Position numbers and translations under genes: made by a program. A DNA stretch of 58,340 nt, taken from contig JAUNFH010000001.1 of NCBI GenBank assembly GCA_030525185.1, forward strand, positions 1 to 58,340, in the 5' to 3' direction. This document shows positions 1-8,354 of the stretch, piece after piece; the stretch's first letter is position 1, and every line of letters begins with the position of its first letter. Source of the DNA: Clostridia bacterium. Its GTDB lineage: Bacteria > Bacillota > Clostridia > Oscillospirales > Acutalibacteraceae. The notes under the pieces were generated by a model, which saw nothing but the letters and a program-made list of their open reading frames with translations, did not search any database and had not been told where the DNA came from.

Positions 1-646
1 CGACCTTTCCTTCCGCAATGCAATACTTCACAACTTCGTTTCGGTAATCCGACGGAACGCCGCAAAGAAAAACCGCGTCTGCGTTTTCAAGAATTTCAAA
101 AAGTTCTTCGAGCGACGTTTTTTCCGAGTTGAGAGTACGCACAACTTTGAACCTCCGCTCAAGTTTTCGGATTCCTTTGAGCGAGATATAAGAATCAACA
201 TTGTTGAAAACAACAACCGTCCTTTTCGTTGCGTGGATTTTGTAATAAACAAAGTCCGCCGCAAAAACCCAAAGCACCGAAAACGCAGAAAACGCAAGGA
301 ACATTATTATGAACGGAACGAGCGAAACGAGTCGGTAACTCAAAAGCGAAAAAACAATGTAGCTCATTGCCTGCAAAAACGCAATCGCAATAATCTGAGA
401 AAAAATCAAATCCGACCGCGTTGCTGTTCCGACCTGAAAGCCGCCGAAAACTTTGACGAACGTGATATAAACGAAAACAATCAGTACGGCAAGGAAGTAG
501 TTACCGAACCGGAAGAACGGCGTCGGAATGTTCGGGTTGAAATACTGCACCCAGCAACGGTACATTGACCAGGTATAAACCGCAGTTATCAGAATTTTAA
601 AAACATAAAGCACAAGCTTTTCTTTAACATACTTTTTATTATGCAT
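1..646 (-). CDS. Polyprenyl glycosylphosphotransferase-type sugar transferase, N-terminal part (gene runs off the left edge)
   Basis: Absent from the ORF track because it is edge-truncated. The reverse-complement reading from ATG at 646-644 stays open to position 2 (215 codons): MHNKKYVKEKLVLYVFKILITAVYTWSMYRCW... It has four hydrophobic helices, then KRTVVVFNNVDSYISLKG...ADAVFLCGVPSDYRNEVVKYCIAEGKV. This is the TM plus Rossmann-like linker layout of WbaP/EpsE-type initiating transferases. The catalytic domain lies outside the window. Confidence 0.6.
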   Translation of the reverse strand, partial: MHNKKYVKEKLVLYVFKILITAVYTWSMYRCWVQYFNPNIPTPFFRFGNYFLAVLIVFVYITFVKVFGGFQVGTATRSDLIFSQIIAIAFLQAMSYIVFSLLSYRLVSLVPFIIMFLAFSAFSVLWVFAADFVYYKIHATKRTVVVFNNVDSYISLKGIRKLERRFKVVRTLNSEKTSLEELFEILENADAVFLCGVPSDYRNEVVKYCIAEGKV

Positions 647-808
647 AAACAATCCCCAATATTCAGAAAGTTTCGGGACGGATCCGTTTTCCTTTTTCAA
701 AAGGACGGATACGCCCGGAGCAATCGCAGAACAACCGAAAAGCGATGCGTCGCCCGGCTTTGTGATTATCAATTATTCTGCGGCTGCTTAATATTTACTT
801 AAAGGGTT

Positions 809-2125
809 TCATCTCACCATAAAAGTTGTTGCGTTAATGACGTCGGCTTTCCACTTGAGGACCGCGGCCTCGTCATATTTTTCGGGAATCTCCTTATATA
901 CCTTTTTGGCGGCGTCGCCTTTTGAAAGTGCGCCGGCGGTTCTGAGAAGAACGGGAAGATTTCCGATTCCCTTGACGGCTCTTGACGCAATGTCGGAAAA
1001 CGACATGTTTCCGCCCTGTCCCTTTCCGAAGCTGAGATCGCTTTCGGTGATAATTTCCTTGTCGAAAAGGAAGTTGATTCCTTCGGTGTCAATGCAGATA
1101 AGGATGTTTTTGAGAATGTCGATTGCCGCAAAGTTGAGTCCGTAGTGAAGAATATATTTTCTGTTATAATCCCAAAGGGTTTTTGCGGAGAATTCGCCTT
1201 CTTTGTCATTGAGAACGGTTTCGGCAAGAATCATTCCGGCTCGCATTGAAGCGCAAATTCCCGAGCCTGTCATCGGAAGCGTCATATATGCGCTGTCTCC
1301 GATTGCGGCATAACCGTCGCAGACCATTACCGAAAGCGGACGGCGAACCGGAATTTGGCCGACGGAGCCTCCGCGAAGAACCTTATGACCGATTTGAGGG
1401 CTGAATTCTCTCATTTTTTCAAGCTCTTCTTCAAGCTGAACCTTTGAAAGCGGAAGCATTTTTCCGATGAGAACGTCAACCTCGTCTTTTCCGGTGATTA
1501 CCCATGAAATTCCCTTGTCACCGTAAGGCTTGAGAAAAACTTCATACGGAACGTCCGGTTCCTTTGCGGGAAGTTTGTCGAAATACGCTCTGTACGCATA
1601 AAAACATTCGCCGTAATCGTAATCGCGGTCAACGTTGCAGCAAACGGGAAGACCTCTTCTTATCGGTGAATTGATTCCGGCCGCGTCAATGACAAGATCG
1701 CCGAAAACGTCGCCGTCAAAAGTTTTGAAGCCGATAACACGCAGTCCATCCGTAATCGGGGCAAGAATTTCCGTGTTGAAAACGAAGCGAACGCCCTTTT
1801 CCTCGGCATTGTCGAGAAGCATCTTGTAAAGATACTTTCTTTCAATCATAATCGAGCCTTCGCCCGTCGGATTGACGGTGATTGAGGATTTGAGGTTCGG
1901 ATTATAAAATTTCATGCTTGTTCCGGGTTTATATTGGCTTTCGTCCGGTTCGGGAAGGGAACATTCACGGAAAATTTTTCTTTCAACCGAGTCTTCCCAA
2001 TCATAGCCGAGTTCATCTTTTATTTTTCTTTCGTATACGGTAACGTCATAGCCTTTTTCGGCAAGAATCGCACCTGCAATGAGTCCTCCGTGGCCGGCGC
2101 CCGCGATGAGAATCTTTTTGTTCAT
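809..2125 (-). CDS. NAD(P)/FAD-dependent oxidoreductase (geranylgeranyl-reductase-like flavoprotein)
   Basis: ORF 809..2179, with the start moved to ATG 2125 (RBS GAAAGGGG upstream). The N-terminus MNKKILIAGAGHGGLIAGAILAEKGYDVTVYERK is a GxGxxG dinucleotide fold. The later VIDAAG and IGDSAY motifs are typical of this flavoprotein class. Confidence 0.7.
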   Translation of the reverse strand: MNKKILIAGAGHGGLIAGAILAEKGYDVTVYERKIKDELGYDWEDSVERKIFRECSLPEPDESQYKPGTSMKFYNPNLKSSITVNPTGEGSIMIERKYLYKMLLDNAEEKGVRFVFNTEILAPITDGLRVIGFKTFDGDVFGDLVIDAAGINSPIRRGLPVCCNVDRDYDYGECFYAYRAYFDKLPAKEPDVPYEVFLKPYGDKGISWVITGKDEVDVLIGKMLPLSKVQLEEELEKMREFSPQIGHKVLRGGSVGQIPVRRPLSVMVCDGYAAIGDSAYMTLPMTGSGICASMRAGMILAETVLNDKEGEFSAKTLWDYNRKYILHYGLNFAAIDILKNILICIDTEGINFLFDKEIITESDLSFGKGQGGNMSFSDIASRAVKGIGNLPVLLRTAGALSKGDAAKKVYKEIPEKYDEAAVLKWKADVINATTFMVR

Positions 2126-2271
2126 TCTTATTTTTTCCCCTTTCAGGTGGTTTATGTTTTCTTGGCAAAATAAGCGCAAATTCGCTTATACAGTTTGTAT
2201 TTTACCATAAATTAACGAAAATGTAAAGCCGTGAGAATTGCAGCCTTCTTTGACCGATTATCAAAAAACTA

Positions 2272-2300
2272 TTGACCGAAAAAAAGCCGAATAGTATAAT
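2272..2300 (+). promoter_or_regulatory. Sigma-A-type promoter for the MATE-fusion gene
   Basis: TTGACC (2272-2277), a 17-nt spacer, then TATAAT (2295-2300), about 28 nt upstream of the TTG start. Confidence 0.6.
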
Positions 2301-2327
2301 CTTTATTATCTTCCGGGAGGTGGAAAC

Positions 2328-4283
2328 TTGAAAAAGAAAACGCTTCAAAACGATTATTTCGGAACCGAATCAATCGGAAAAATCATGTTAAAAATTGCTC
2401 CGCCCGTAATGCTCGCCCAACTCATCCAATCGCTCTATAATATTGTTGACAGCTTTTTCGTCGGAAAATTTTCAAACGAAGCTCTGACTGCTCTTTCGGT
2501 AATTTATCCGATGCAGCTTGTAATGATTGCTCTTGCGGTCGGAACCGGTGTCGGCGTGAACACTTATATGGCAAGAAAATATGCTCAAAACTCAAAAGAG
2601 GACGCCGTCGGCTCTGCCGGAACCGGGCTTTTTCTCGCTTTGGCAACATGGGCGGTTTTTGCCCTCGTTTCGTTTTTGATTATGCCGTCTTATGTCAAAA
2701 CGGGCGCAACGGACGAAAAAGCAATCGAATATGCCGTAACTTACGGAAACATTGTTTGCATCGGAAGCATTGGCGTTTTTCTTGAAGGCTGCTTTTCAAA
2801 AATCCATCAGGCTCGCGGAAACATGCGCCGTCCGATGGCGGCTCAGATTACGGGAGCCGCGGTCAATGTTGTTCTTGATCCGCTTTTGATTTTCGGAATC
2901 GGCTTTTTCCCGAAAATGGGGGTTGCCGGTGCGGCCGTTGCAACCGTAATCGGTCAGCTTTGTTCGGCACTCATCGTTTCGTTCGGCGCCGTCCAAAAAA
3001 TTCCCGCTTCAAAAAAACTTTTCCATTATATCAAGCGGATTTACTTTTTCGGCTATTCGTCAATTTTCATGCAGCTTCTTTACACCGTCTATATTCTCGC
3101 TCTGAACATCATTCTCAAATCGTTTTCGGACTCTGCGGTCACGGTTCTCGGTCTTTACTATAAACTTCAAGGCTTTTTCTTCATTCCGCTGATCGGGCTT
3201 GAAACCTGCATTGTTCCGGTCATCAGTTTCAATTGCGGCGCAAAAAAATTTGACCGTTGCAAAAAAACAATGAATACGGCGTTTTTGATTTCGGCGGCAT
3301 TTATGATTTTCGGAATCATCGGTTTCGTTTTCTTCCCTGATTTTCTCATCTCAATTTTTTCAAACAGCGCCGAAGTTCACGAAATCGGAAGAACGGCGTT
3401 TCCGATCATCGGCGCCTGCTTCATTCCCGCCGTTTTCAGCCTTATGACGCCGACATTCTTCCAGGCGATCGGAAAAGGCGTTCAAAGCACCTTTCTTTCG
3501 CTCCTTCGTCAGGTCTTTTGCCTCATTCCGATTTTTTGGGCCTTTTCGCTCCTTGGCCTTGATTACACATGGATAGCCTTTCCGCTTTCCGAAACAATCG
3601 CCGGCACGGTCGGCCTTATAATGTATTTCCGTCAGCTCAAAATTTGGAAAAAAGTTCCGACGAACGAGACTGAAAAAACGGACGACCCGGTCATCAAACC
3701 GTCTTTCAAAGGAACAATAATCACAATCGGACGCGAGCACGGCTCTTCCGGAAAAGAAATCGGCCGCCTTGTTGCCGACAAGCTCAAAATTCCGTATTAC
3801 TTCAAAGAACTGACTGCCCTCGCCGCAAAAGAGAGCGGCCTTGCCCGTGAATTCATCGAGAACGACGAAGGCGACCCTTCAAAACAACTTTATGACCTTT
3901 ATCTCAGCACCCACGTTGTTGAGCACGCAGTTTCCGCGCAAAACAAAATTATTCAGAAAATTGCAAAAAACGGAAGTTGCGTAATCGTCGGAAGGGCAGC
4001 CGATCACATTCTCAAATCGAACCCCAATCTTCTGAGAGTTTTCATTTATGCGGACGAAGAAACAAAGGTCAAACGCATCATGAAAAATTACGGCGACAGC
4101 CGCGAAAAAGCAAAAAAGAGCATTCGCCGCGCGGACAGCGCAAGAAGTTCATATTACAAAAACATTTCCGGCCGCGTTTGGGGAAGCAGAGAAAACTACG
4201 ATTTGATGATCAACAGCTCCTGCGGAACGGAAAAGGCCGCGGAACTTATCTGCGCGTTTTCAAAGAATTTTGAAAATAAATAA
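2328..4283 (+). CDS. MATE family efflux transporter fused to a C-terminal cytidylate-kinase-like (Cytidylate_kin2-type) domain
   Basis: Single 651-aa ORF with a TTG start after GGAGGTGG. The first ~445 aa are a 12-TM MATE-like polytopic region (PPVMLAQLIQSLYNIVDSFFVG...). A linker KKVPTNETEKTDDPVIKPSF follows, then a soluble ~190-aa domain with the P-loop-like IITIGREHGSSGKEIGRLVADKLKIPYY and VIVGRAADHIL motifs. Confidence 0.75.
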   Translation: MKKKTLQNDYFGTESIGKIMLKIAPPVMLAQLIQSLYNIVDSFFVGKFSNEALTALSVIYPMQLVMIALAVGTGVGVNTYMARKYAQNSKEDAVGSAGTGLFLALATWAVFALVSFLIMPSYVKTGATDEKAIEYAVTYGNIVCIGSIGVFLEGCFSKIHQARGNMRRPMAAQITGAAVNVVLDPLLIFGIGFFPKMGVAGAAVATVIGQLCSALIVSFGAVQKIPASKKLFHYIKRIYFFGYSSIFMQLLYTVYILALNIILKSFSDSAVTVLGLYYKLQGFFFIPLIGLETCIVPVISFNCGAKKFDRCKKTMNTAFLISAAFMIFGIIGFVFFPDFLISIFSNSAEVHEIGRTAFPIIGACFIPAVFSLMTPTFFQAIGKGVQSTFLSLLRQVFCLIPIFWAFSLLGLDYTWIAFPLSETIAGTVGLIMYFRQLKIWKKVPTNETEKTDDPVIKPSFKGTIITIGREHGSSGKEIGRLVADKLKIPYYFKELTALAAKESGLAREFIENDEGDPSKQLYDLYLSTHVVEHAVSAQNKIIQKIAKNGSCVIVGRAADHILKSNPNLLRVFIYADEETKVKRIMKNYGDSREKAKKSIRRADSARSSYYKNISGRVWGSRENYDLMINSSCGTEKAAELICAFSKNFENK

Positions 4284-4309
4284 ATTGCAATATTTTTTCA
4301 ATATTTTCG

Positions 4310-4338
4310 TTGACAAACGTTCACAGATACATTATAAT
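4310..4338 (+). promoter_or_regulatory. Consensus sigma-A promoter
   Basis: TTGACA (4310-4315), a 17-nt spacer, then TATAAT (4333-4338). The 5' UTR contains a small hairpin, ATGGTG-taata-GCACCAT. Confidence 0.7.
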
Positions 4339-4396
4339 TCAGTTGTAATGGTGTAATAGCACCATAATCATTTTATCGAAACGGAGGATATCCAGT

Positions 4397-4834
4397 ATGA
4401 AGAAAATTATTGCAGTTTTGCTTTCAGTCCTTGTTCTTTTCTCGGCTGTAAGCGTCGGCGCTTTTGCCGAAGACGAAACGGATGTTCAGACCTATTACAC
4501 AATCACCTTCGTTGATTACAACGGCGAAAAGATTGCTTCAAGACAGGTTGAACACGGAAAGGTTGTCAACGCTCCCGCGAACCCGTCGAGAGAGTCAACC
4601 GAAAAAACCGAATACATCTTCAAGGGTTGGTCGGCTGACAACGGCGTAACCGTTTATTCCGGAAACACCCTTCCCGTTGCAACGGCAGACGTTACTTACA
4701 CCGCTGTTTACGCAGAAAAGGAAATCAAGGAAAACCTCACCTTCTGGAAGCTTGTTGCTTCAATCTTGGAAAGAATCAACATGATTTTTGAATACTTCGA
4801 CAAGATTTTTGATTTCGACTTCAAGCGTCCGTAA
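4397..4834 (+). CDS. Small secreted protein with one InlB B-repeat (Listeria/Bacteroides repeat) and an aromatic C-terminal tail
   Basis: RBS GGAGGA. Signal peptide MKKIIAVLLSVLVLFSAVSVGAFA/ED. The repeat signature is YTITFVDYNGE...HGKVV..P.NP.....YIFKGW......LPVATADVTYTAVY. The tail is NLTFWKLVASILERINMIFEYFDKIFDFDFKRP. Confidence 0.65.
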   Translation: MKKIIAVLLSVLVLFSAVSVGAFAEDETDVQTYYTITFVDYNGEKIASRQVEHGKVVNAPANPSRESTEKTEYIFKGWSADNGVTVYSGNTLPVATADVTYTAVYAEKEIKENLTFWKLVASILERINMIFEYFDKIFDFDFKRP

Positions 4835-4850
4835 TCACAAAAACGAAAAA

Positions 4851-4886
4851 ATCCGCGGGTCCGCAAAAAGGCGGATCCGCTTTTTT
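4851..4886 (+). terminator. Rho-independent terminator
   Basis: GCGGGTCCGC-aaaaag-GCGGATCCGC followed by TTTTTT. Confidence 0.7.
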
Positions 4887-4911
4887 AAACCGCAAGGAGC
4901 ACAGAACAAAA

Positions 4912-5496
4912 ATGAAACAATTTTTTGCAATGTTTTCAAGAATGAAATACATCAACCGCTGGGCACTGATGAAAAACACAAGGGAAGAAAACCTCAGCGA
5001 ACACAGCTCGGACGTTGCCGCAATTGCACACGCAATCGCCGTCTTGAAAAATCTTCGTTTCGGCGGAAACGTGAACGCGGACCGTGCGGCGGTTCTCGGC
5101 CTTTACCACGATATGCCGGAAATCATCACGGGCGATATGCCGACCCCGGTCAAATATCACAGTCAAACCCTCCGTTCGGCCTTTCTCGAAGTTGAAAACG
5201 AGGCGTGCGAACGGCTCCTTTCAATGCTTCCGGACGACATGAAGCAGTCCTTCCGCCCGTTCTTTTTCAAAGAAGAGGGCGACGAATACCTTTGGAAAAT
5301 TGTCAAAGCGGCGGACAAAATTTCCGCCCTCATCAAATGCATCGAAGAGGAAAAAGGCGGAAACCGCGAGTTTTCCCATGCCCTTGAGTCAACGAAAAGG
5401 TCAATCGAAAAAATGAACCTTCCGGAAGCGGACGCTTTCCTCGGCGAATTCATCGAAGCGTTCAGCCTGAGCCTTGACGAACAGAACGGAAACTGA
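4912..5496 (+). CDS. yfbR: HD-domain 5'-deoxynucleotidase (YfbR-like)
   Basis: RBS AAGGAG. MKYINRWALMKNTREENLSEHS...LYHDMPEIITGDMPTPVKY carries the H...HD...D metal-binding pattern and an N-terminus typical of YfbR-family HD hydrolases. Confidence 0.75.
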   Translation: MKQFFAMFSRMKYINRWALMKNTREENLSEHSSDVAAIAHAIAVLKNLRFGGNVNADRAAVLGLYHDMPEIITGDMPTPVKYHSQTLRSAFLEVENEACERLLSMLPDDMKQSFRPFFFKEEGDEYLWKIVKAADKISALIKCIEEEKGGNREFSHALESTKRSIEKMNLPEADAFLGEFIEAFSLSLDEQNGN

Positions 5497-5511
5497 AAAA
5501 ATCAAAGCGAT

Positions 5512-5549
5512 AAAAAAATACGGATGCCTTTTGGCATCCGTATTTTTAT
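5512..5549. terminator. Bidirectional rho-independent terminator between convergent genes
   Basis: AAAAAAATACGGATGCC-ttttg-GCATCCGTATTTTTATT, with A-run and T-run flanks on both sides. Confidence 0.8.
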
Positions 5550-5560
5550 TTCTAAAGTAA

Positions 5561-6610
5561 TCAATAATTGATGTCATAAACGTTCATGTCGTTCGTAAGT
5601 CTTGCTGTTCCGTCGATGGTTGAAAAAGCAATCTTTGCGTTTGCGGCAATGTCAACGTTGATATGGTGAACGATTGAAGTTACGTGGTCGTTCGTCGGGT
5701 CATAAGTAACCTGGAACGAGCTGTCGGTATAAGTAAGTTCAAAGTTGTTGACCGTAACACCGGGAACCTTGCTGACAACTTTGTCAACCTCGGTGTTGAT
5801 GTCCTTCATGCTTGCGGGCATCATTACCGCACCGTGGTACGACTGCGGAACGCAGGTGTCTGCCGGAGTGGGTTCGGGGTTCTTTTCGTCGTTGAGAACA
5901 AAACGAAGAGTTCTTGTTCCGTCGGCGTTATCGGTGCAAGAGGCTTCCTTGACGCAGCTGTAATCGGTAAGAACCGAACCTTTGTCGGTGTTGCAAATCG
6001 GAAGTTCGTGGTTGATTCGCGGCATTGTTGTTCCGTCTTCGGCGGTATAAACTTCGCCCTTTGTTGCGGTAACAAGCGAATTGGGGTTGTCTTCGGTGGT
6101 CATGTACGATTCGCCGAATTTAAGAAGCGAGTTGACTGCGCTTGAAAAGTTTCTGTATTCTTCGGGAAGAGCCTGATATTCCTTTTTTGAGTATCCGGGC
6201 TGATCCTGCTTCATTTTATTAAGAAGTTCGGTATATTTTTTGACGATTTCTTCATTCGTTTTCGGCGCGTCGGTTGAGGAAGAAGCCGGAGAATCGGTCT
6301 TTGTGTCTGCCGGAGCGTCGGTTTTTCCGTCTGCAGAAGCGGGAGCGGTTGTTTCCGCCGGAGCCTGGGTTGCCGGCTGAGCGGTCGGAGCAACCGTTGC
6401 GGCAACGGGAACGGCCTGAGCGCCGTTGTAATCAACGTCCGCATCAACGTTAACTTTGAAGTTCGTAATTCCGAAGGCGCCGCCGAGCATTGCGATGATG
6501 ATGAGAGCCGTAACAAGTTTCGGCCATGCTTTTTTCCAATTTTCGCTTCTCTTTTGACGTTTTTTGACAATCTTCATTGCTTCTTCAAGCATTTGTTCTT
6601 CTGTTTTCAT
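5561..6610 (-). CDS. Membrane-anchored hypothetical protein with an Ala/Pro/Thr-rich linker
   Basis: RBS GGAGAG. A basic N-terminus is followed by a single TM (WPKLVTALIIIAMLGGAFGITNF). Next comes a low-complexity linker, PVAATVAPTAQPATQAPAETTAPASADGKTDAPADTKTD, then a ~220-aa extracytoplasmic domain with paired Cys residues. I recognise no family. Confidence 0.6.
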   Translation of the reverse strand: MKTEEQMLEEAMKIVKKRQKRSENWKKAWPKLVTALIIIAMLGGAFGITNFKVNVDADVDYNGAQAVPVAATVAPTAQPATQAPAETTAPASADGKTDAPADTKTDSPASSSTDAPKTNEEIVKKYTELLNKMKQDQPGYSKKEYQALPEEYRNFSSAVNSLLKFGESYMTTEDNPNSLVTATKGEVYTAEDGTTMPRINHELPICNTDKGSVLTDYSCVKEASCTDNADGTRTLRFVLNDEKNPEPTPADTCVPQSYHGAVMMPASMKDINTEVDKVVSKVPGVTVNNFELTYTDSSFQVTYDPTNDHVTSIVHHINVDIAANAKIAFSTIDGTARLTNDMNVYDINY

Positions 6611-6812
6611 AGCGTTTTCTCTCCTGTTGTTTTTTCTTACAATTGAGAACTTTGAAAAAGTCCGTATGTACTTTCATATGTTAACACTTTTTTAATTTTC
6701 GGTCAATACTTTTAGCGATATTAAACAATTGATTTTTCACAAAAATTGGTATATAATTTGCCTTGTATTGATATATGCGGCTTTTGCCGCCGAAAAGGAG
6801 ATGTATTTATCC

Positions 6813-8282
6813 ATGAAAAAATCAAAGCTTGCCCTCGGACTCGTCGGAGCGGCCGCCGCCGCAAACGCAGTCCACGCAGCTGTTTTCAAACCGAAAAAAG
6901 CAGAACCCGCAACCATTTCAAAGGAAGAAGTCAACGTTGACCGCTACCGCAAGAATCTTTCAAAAGCAATTCAAATCAAAACGATTTCAAACAGAGATAC
7001 CGACCTCGTTGACTGGGACGAATTCAAGAAATTCCATGAATTTCTTGATGAGGCTTATCCCCTCGTTGCAAAAACGCTTGAAAAGGAAGTTGTTCCGCCG
7101 GCAAACCTTGTTTACCGCTGGAAAGGAAAGAGGAGCGACCTTGACGGCGTTGCCCTCCTTGCTCACCAAGACGTTGTTCCAGTTTCTTCCGGAACGGAAG
7201 AAGATTGGACTCACCCGGCCTTTGACGGCGTTGACGACGGCGAATTCATCTGGGGACGCGGCGCTCTTGACATGAAGAACCACCTCATTTGCGTAATGGA
7301 ATCCGTCGAAGCCCTTCTTGAAGACGGTTTTACGCCGGAAAGAGACGTATATCTCCTTTTCGGCGACAACGAAGAAGTTGTTGCGAACGACAAAAACGGC
7401 GCAAAAGACATTATGAACCATCTCCGTGAAAAAGGCGTTCATCTTGACGCAATTCTTGACGAAGGCGGCGCAATGCTCCCCGTCAACGTTCCCGGCGTAA
7501 TCAACGATAAATACCTCGCCGGAATCGGTCTTGCGGAAAAAGGATATGCGGACATTGAGGTTGTTGTCAACGCAAAAGGCGGCCACTCCTCACAGCCGCC
7601 GAAGCACACCGCTCTCGGAAAAATGGCCGATGTTATCAAAGACCTTGAAAACAACCAGTTCAAAGCTTCGTTTTCTTCAAACATGAAGTTCCTCTTTGAC
7701 TCAATCGCAAGAAACTGCACTTATCCGGTTCGTCTCCTTCTTTGCAACCTTCCGGTTCTTTATCCGGCGCTTCTTCAGGTTTGCAAACTCATCCCCCCGG
7801 CCGCTTGCATGACGAGAACAACAACCGGAATCACAATGGCCGAAGGTTCTCCGGCTTCAAACGTTCTTCCGCAAAGAGCGGCAATCACAGTCAACTTCAG
7901 AGCTATGCCCGGAACAACAACCGAAGACCTTGTCAACCACATCAAAAAGGTTGTCAGAAACAAGGACATTGAAGTCAACGTTCTCAACAGCAAGGAAGCT
8001 TCAAAGTTTTCTCCGATGGATTCGCGTTCATATAAAATCATTGAGCGTCTTTGCACGGCAATCGAACCGAGAGCAATCGTTTCTCCGTTCCTCGTCATGG
8101 GCGGAACCGACGCCTGCAACTATGAACCGATTTGCGAAAACATCTATCGCTACGCTCCGTTCAAGGTTGACACCGCACTCCTCCTTTGCACCCACGGAAC
8201 AAACGAAAGAATTCCCGTCGGCGCAATGAGCGACGCACTCGTTTTCTTCAAAAATTATATCCGCGAAGTAAGTGCGGAATAA
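6813..8282 (+). CDS. M20/M25/M40 family metallopeptidase (carboxypeptidase-like) with an N-terminal signal/anchor
   Basis: ORF 6729..8282. The preferred start is ATG 6813 (MKKSKLALGLVGAAAAANAVHA), 12 nt after AAGGAG; ATG 6801 is also possible. Family motifs are ALLAHQDVVP, WGRGALDMK, FGDNEEV, EGG and GGTDA. Confidence 0.75.
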   Translation: MKKSKLALGLVGAAAAANAVHAAVFKPKKAEPATISKEEVNVDRYRKNLSKAIQIKTISNRDTDLVDWDEFKKFHEFLDEAYPLVAKTLEKEVVPPANLVYRWKGKRSDLDGVALLAHQDVVPVSSGTEEDWTHPAFDGVDDGEFIWGRGALDMKNHLICVMESVEALLEDGFTPERDVYLLFGDNEEVVANDKNGAKDIMNHLREKGVHLDAILDEGGAMLPVNVPGVINDKYLAGIGLAEKGYADIEVVVNAKGGHSSQPPKHTALGKMADVIKDLENNQFKASFSSNMKFLFDSIARNCTYPVRLLLCNLPVLYPALLQVCKLIPPAACMTRTTTGITMAEGSPASNVLPQRAAITVNFRAMPGTTTEDLVNHIKKVVRNKDIEVNVLNSKEASKFSPMDSRSYKIIERLCTAIEPRAIVSPFLVMGGTDACNYEPICENIYRYAPFKVDTALLLCTHGTNERIPVGAMSDALVFFKNYIREVSAE

Positions 8283-8293
8283 AACAAACAACC

Positions 8294-8336
8294 AAAAAGC
8301 GTCACACCGGAAAAACCGATGTGACGCTTTTTTTTA
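8294..8336. terminator. Bidirectional rho-independent terminator
   Basis: AAAAAGCGTCACA-ccggaaaaaccga-TGTGACGCTTTTTTTT, between convergent genes. Confidence 0.8.
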
Positions 8337-8354
8337 TTGCTTTTCTTTTGTTTT

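Noticed and set aside
28-568. ORFs 28..297 (-) and 233..568 (+) at the left edge
   Set aside because: The third minus-strand frame is open from 646 to the window edge and encodes a coherent 4-TM sugar-transferase N-terminus. The listed ORFs are basic, low-complexity out-of-frame or antisense shadows.
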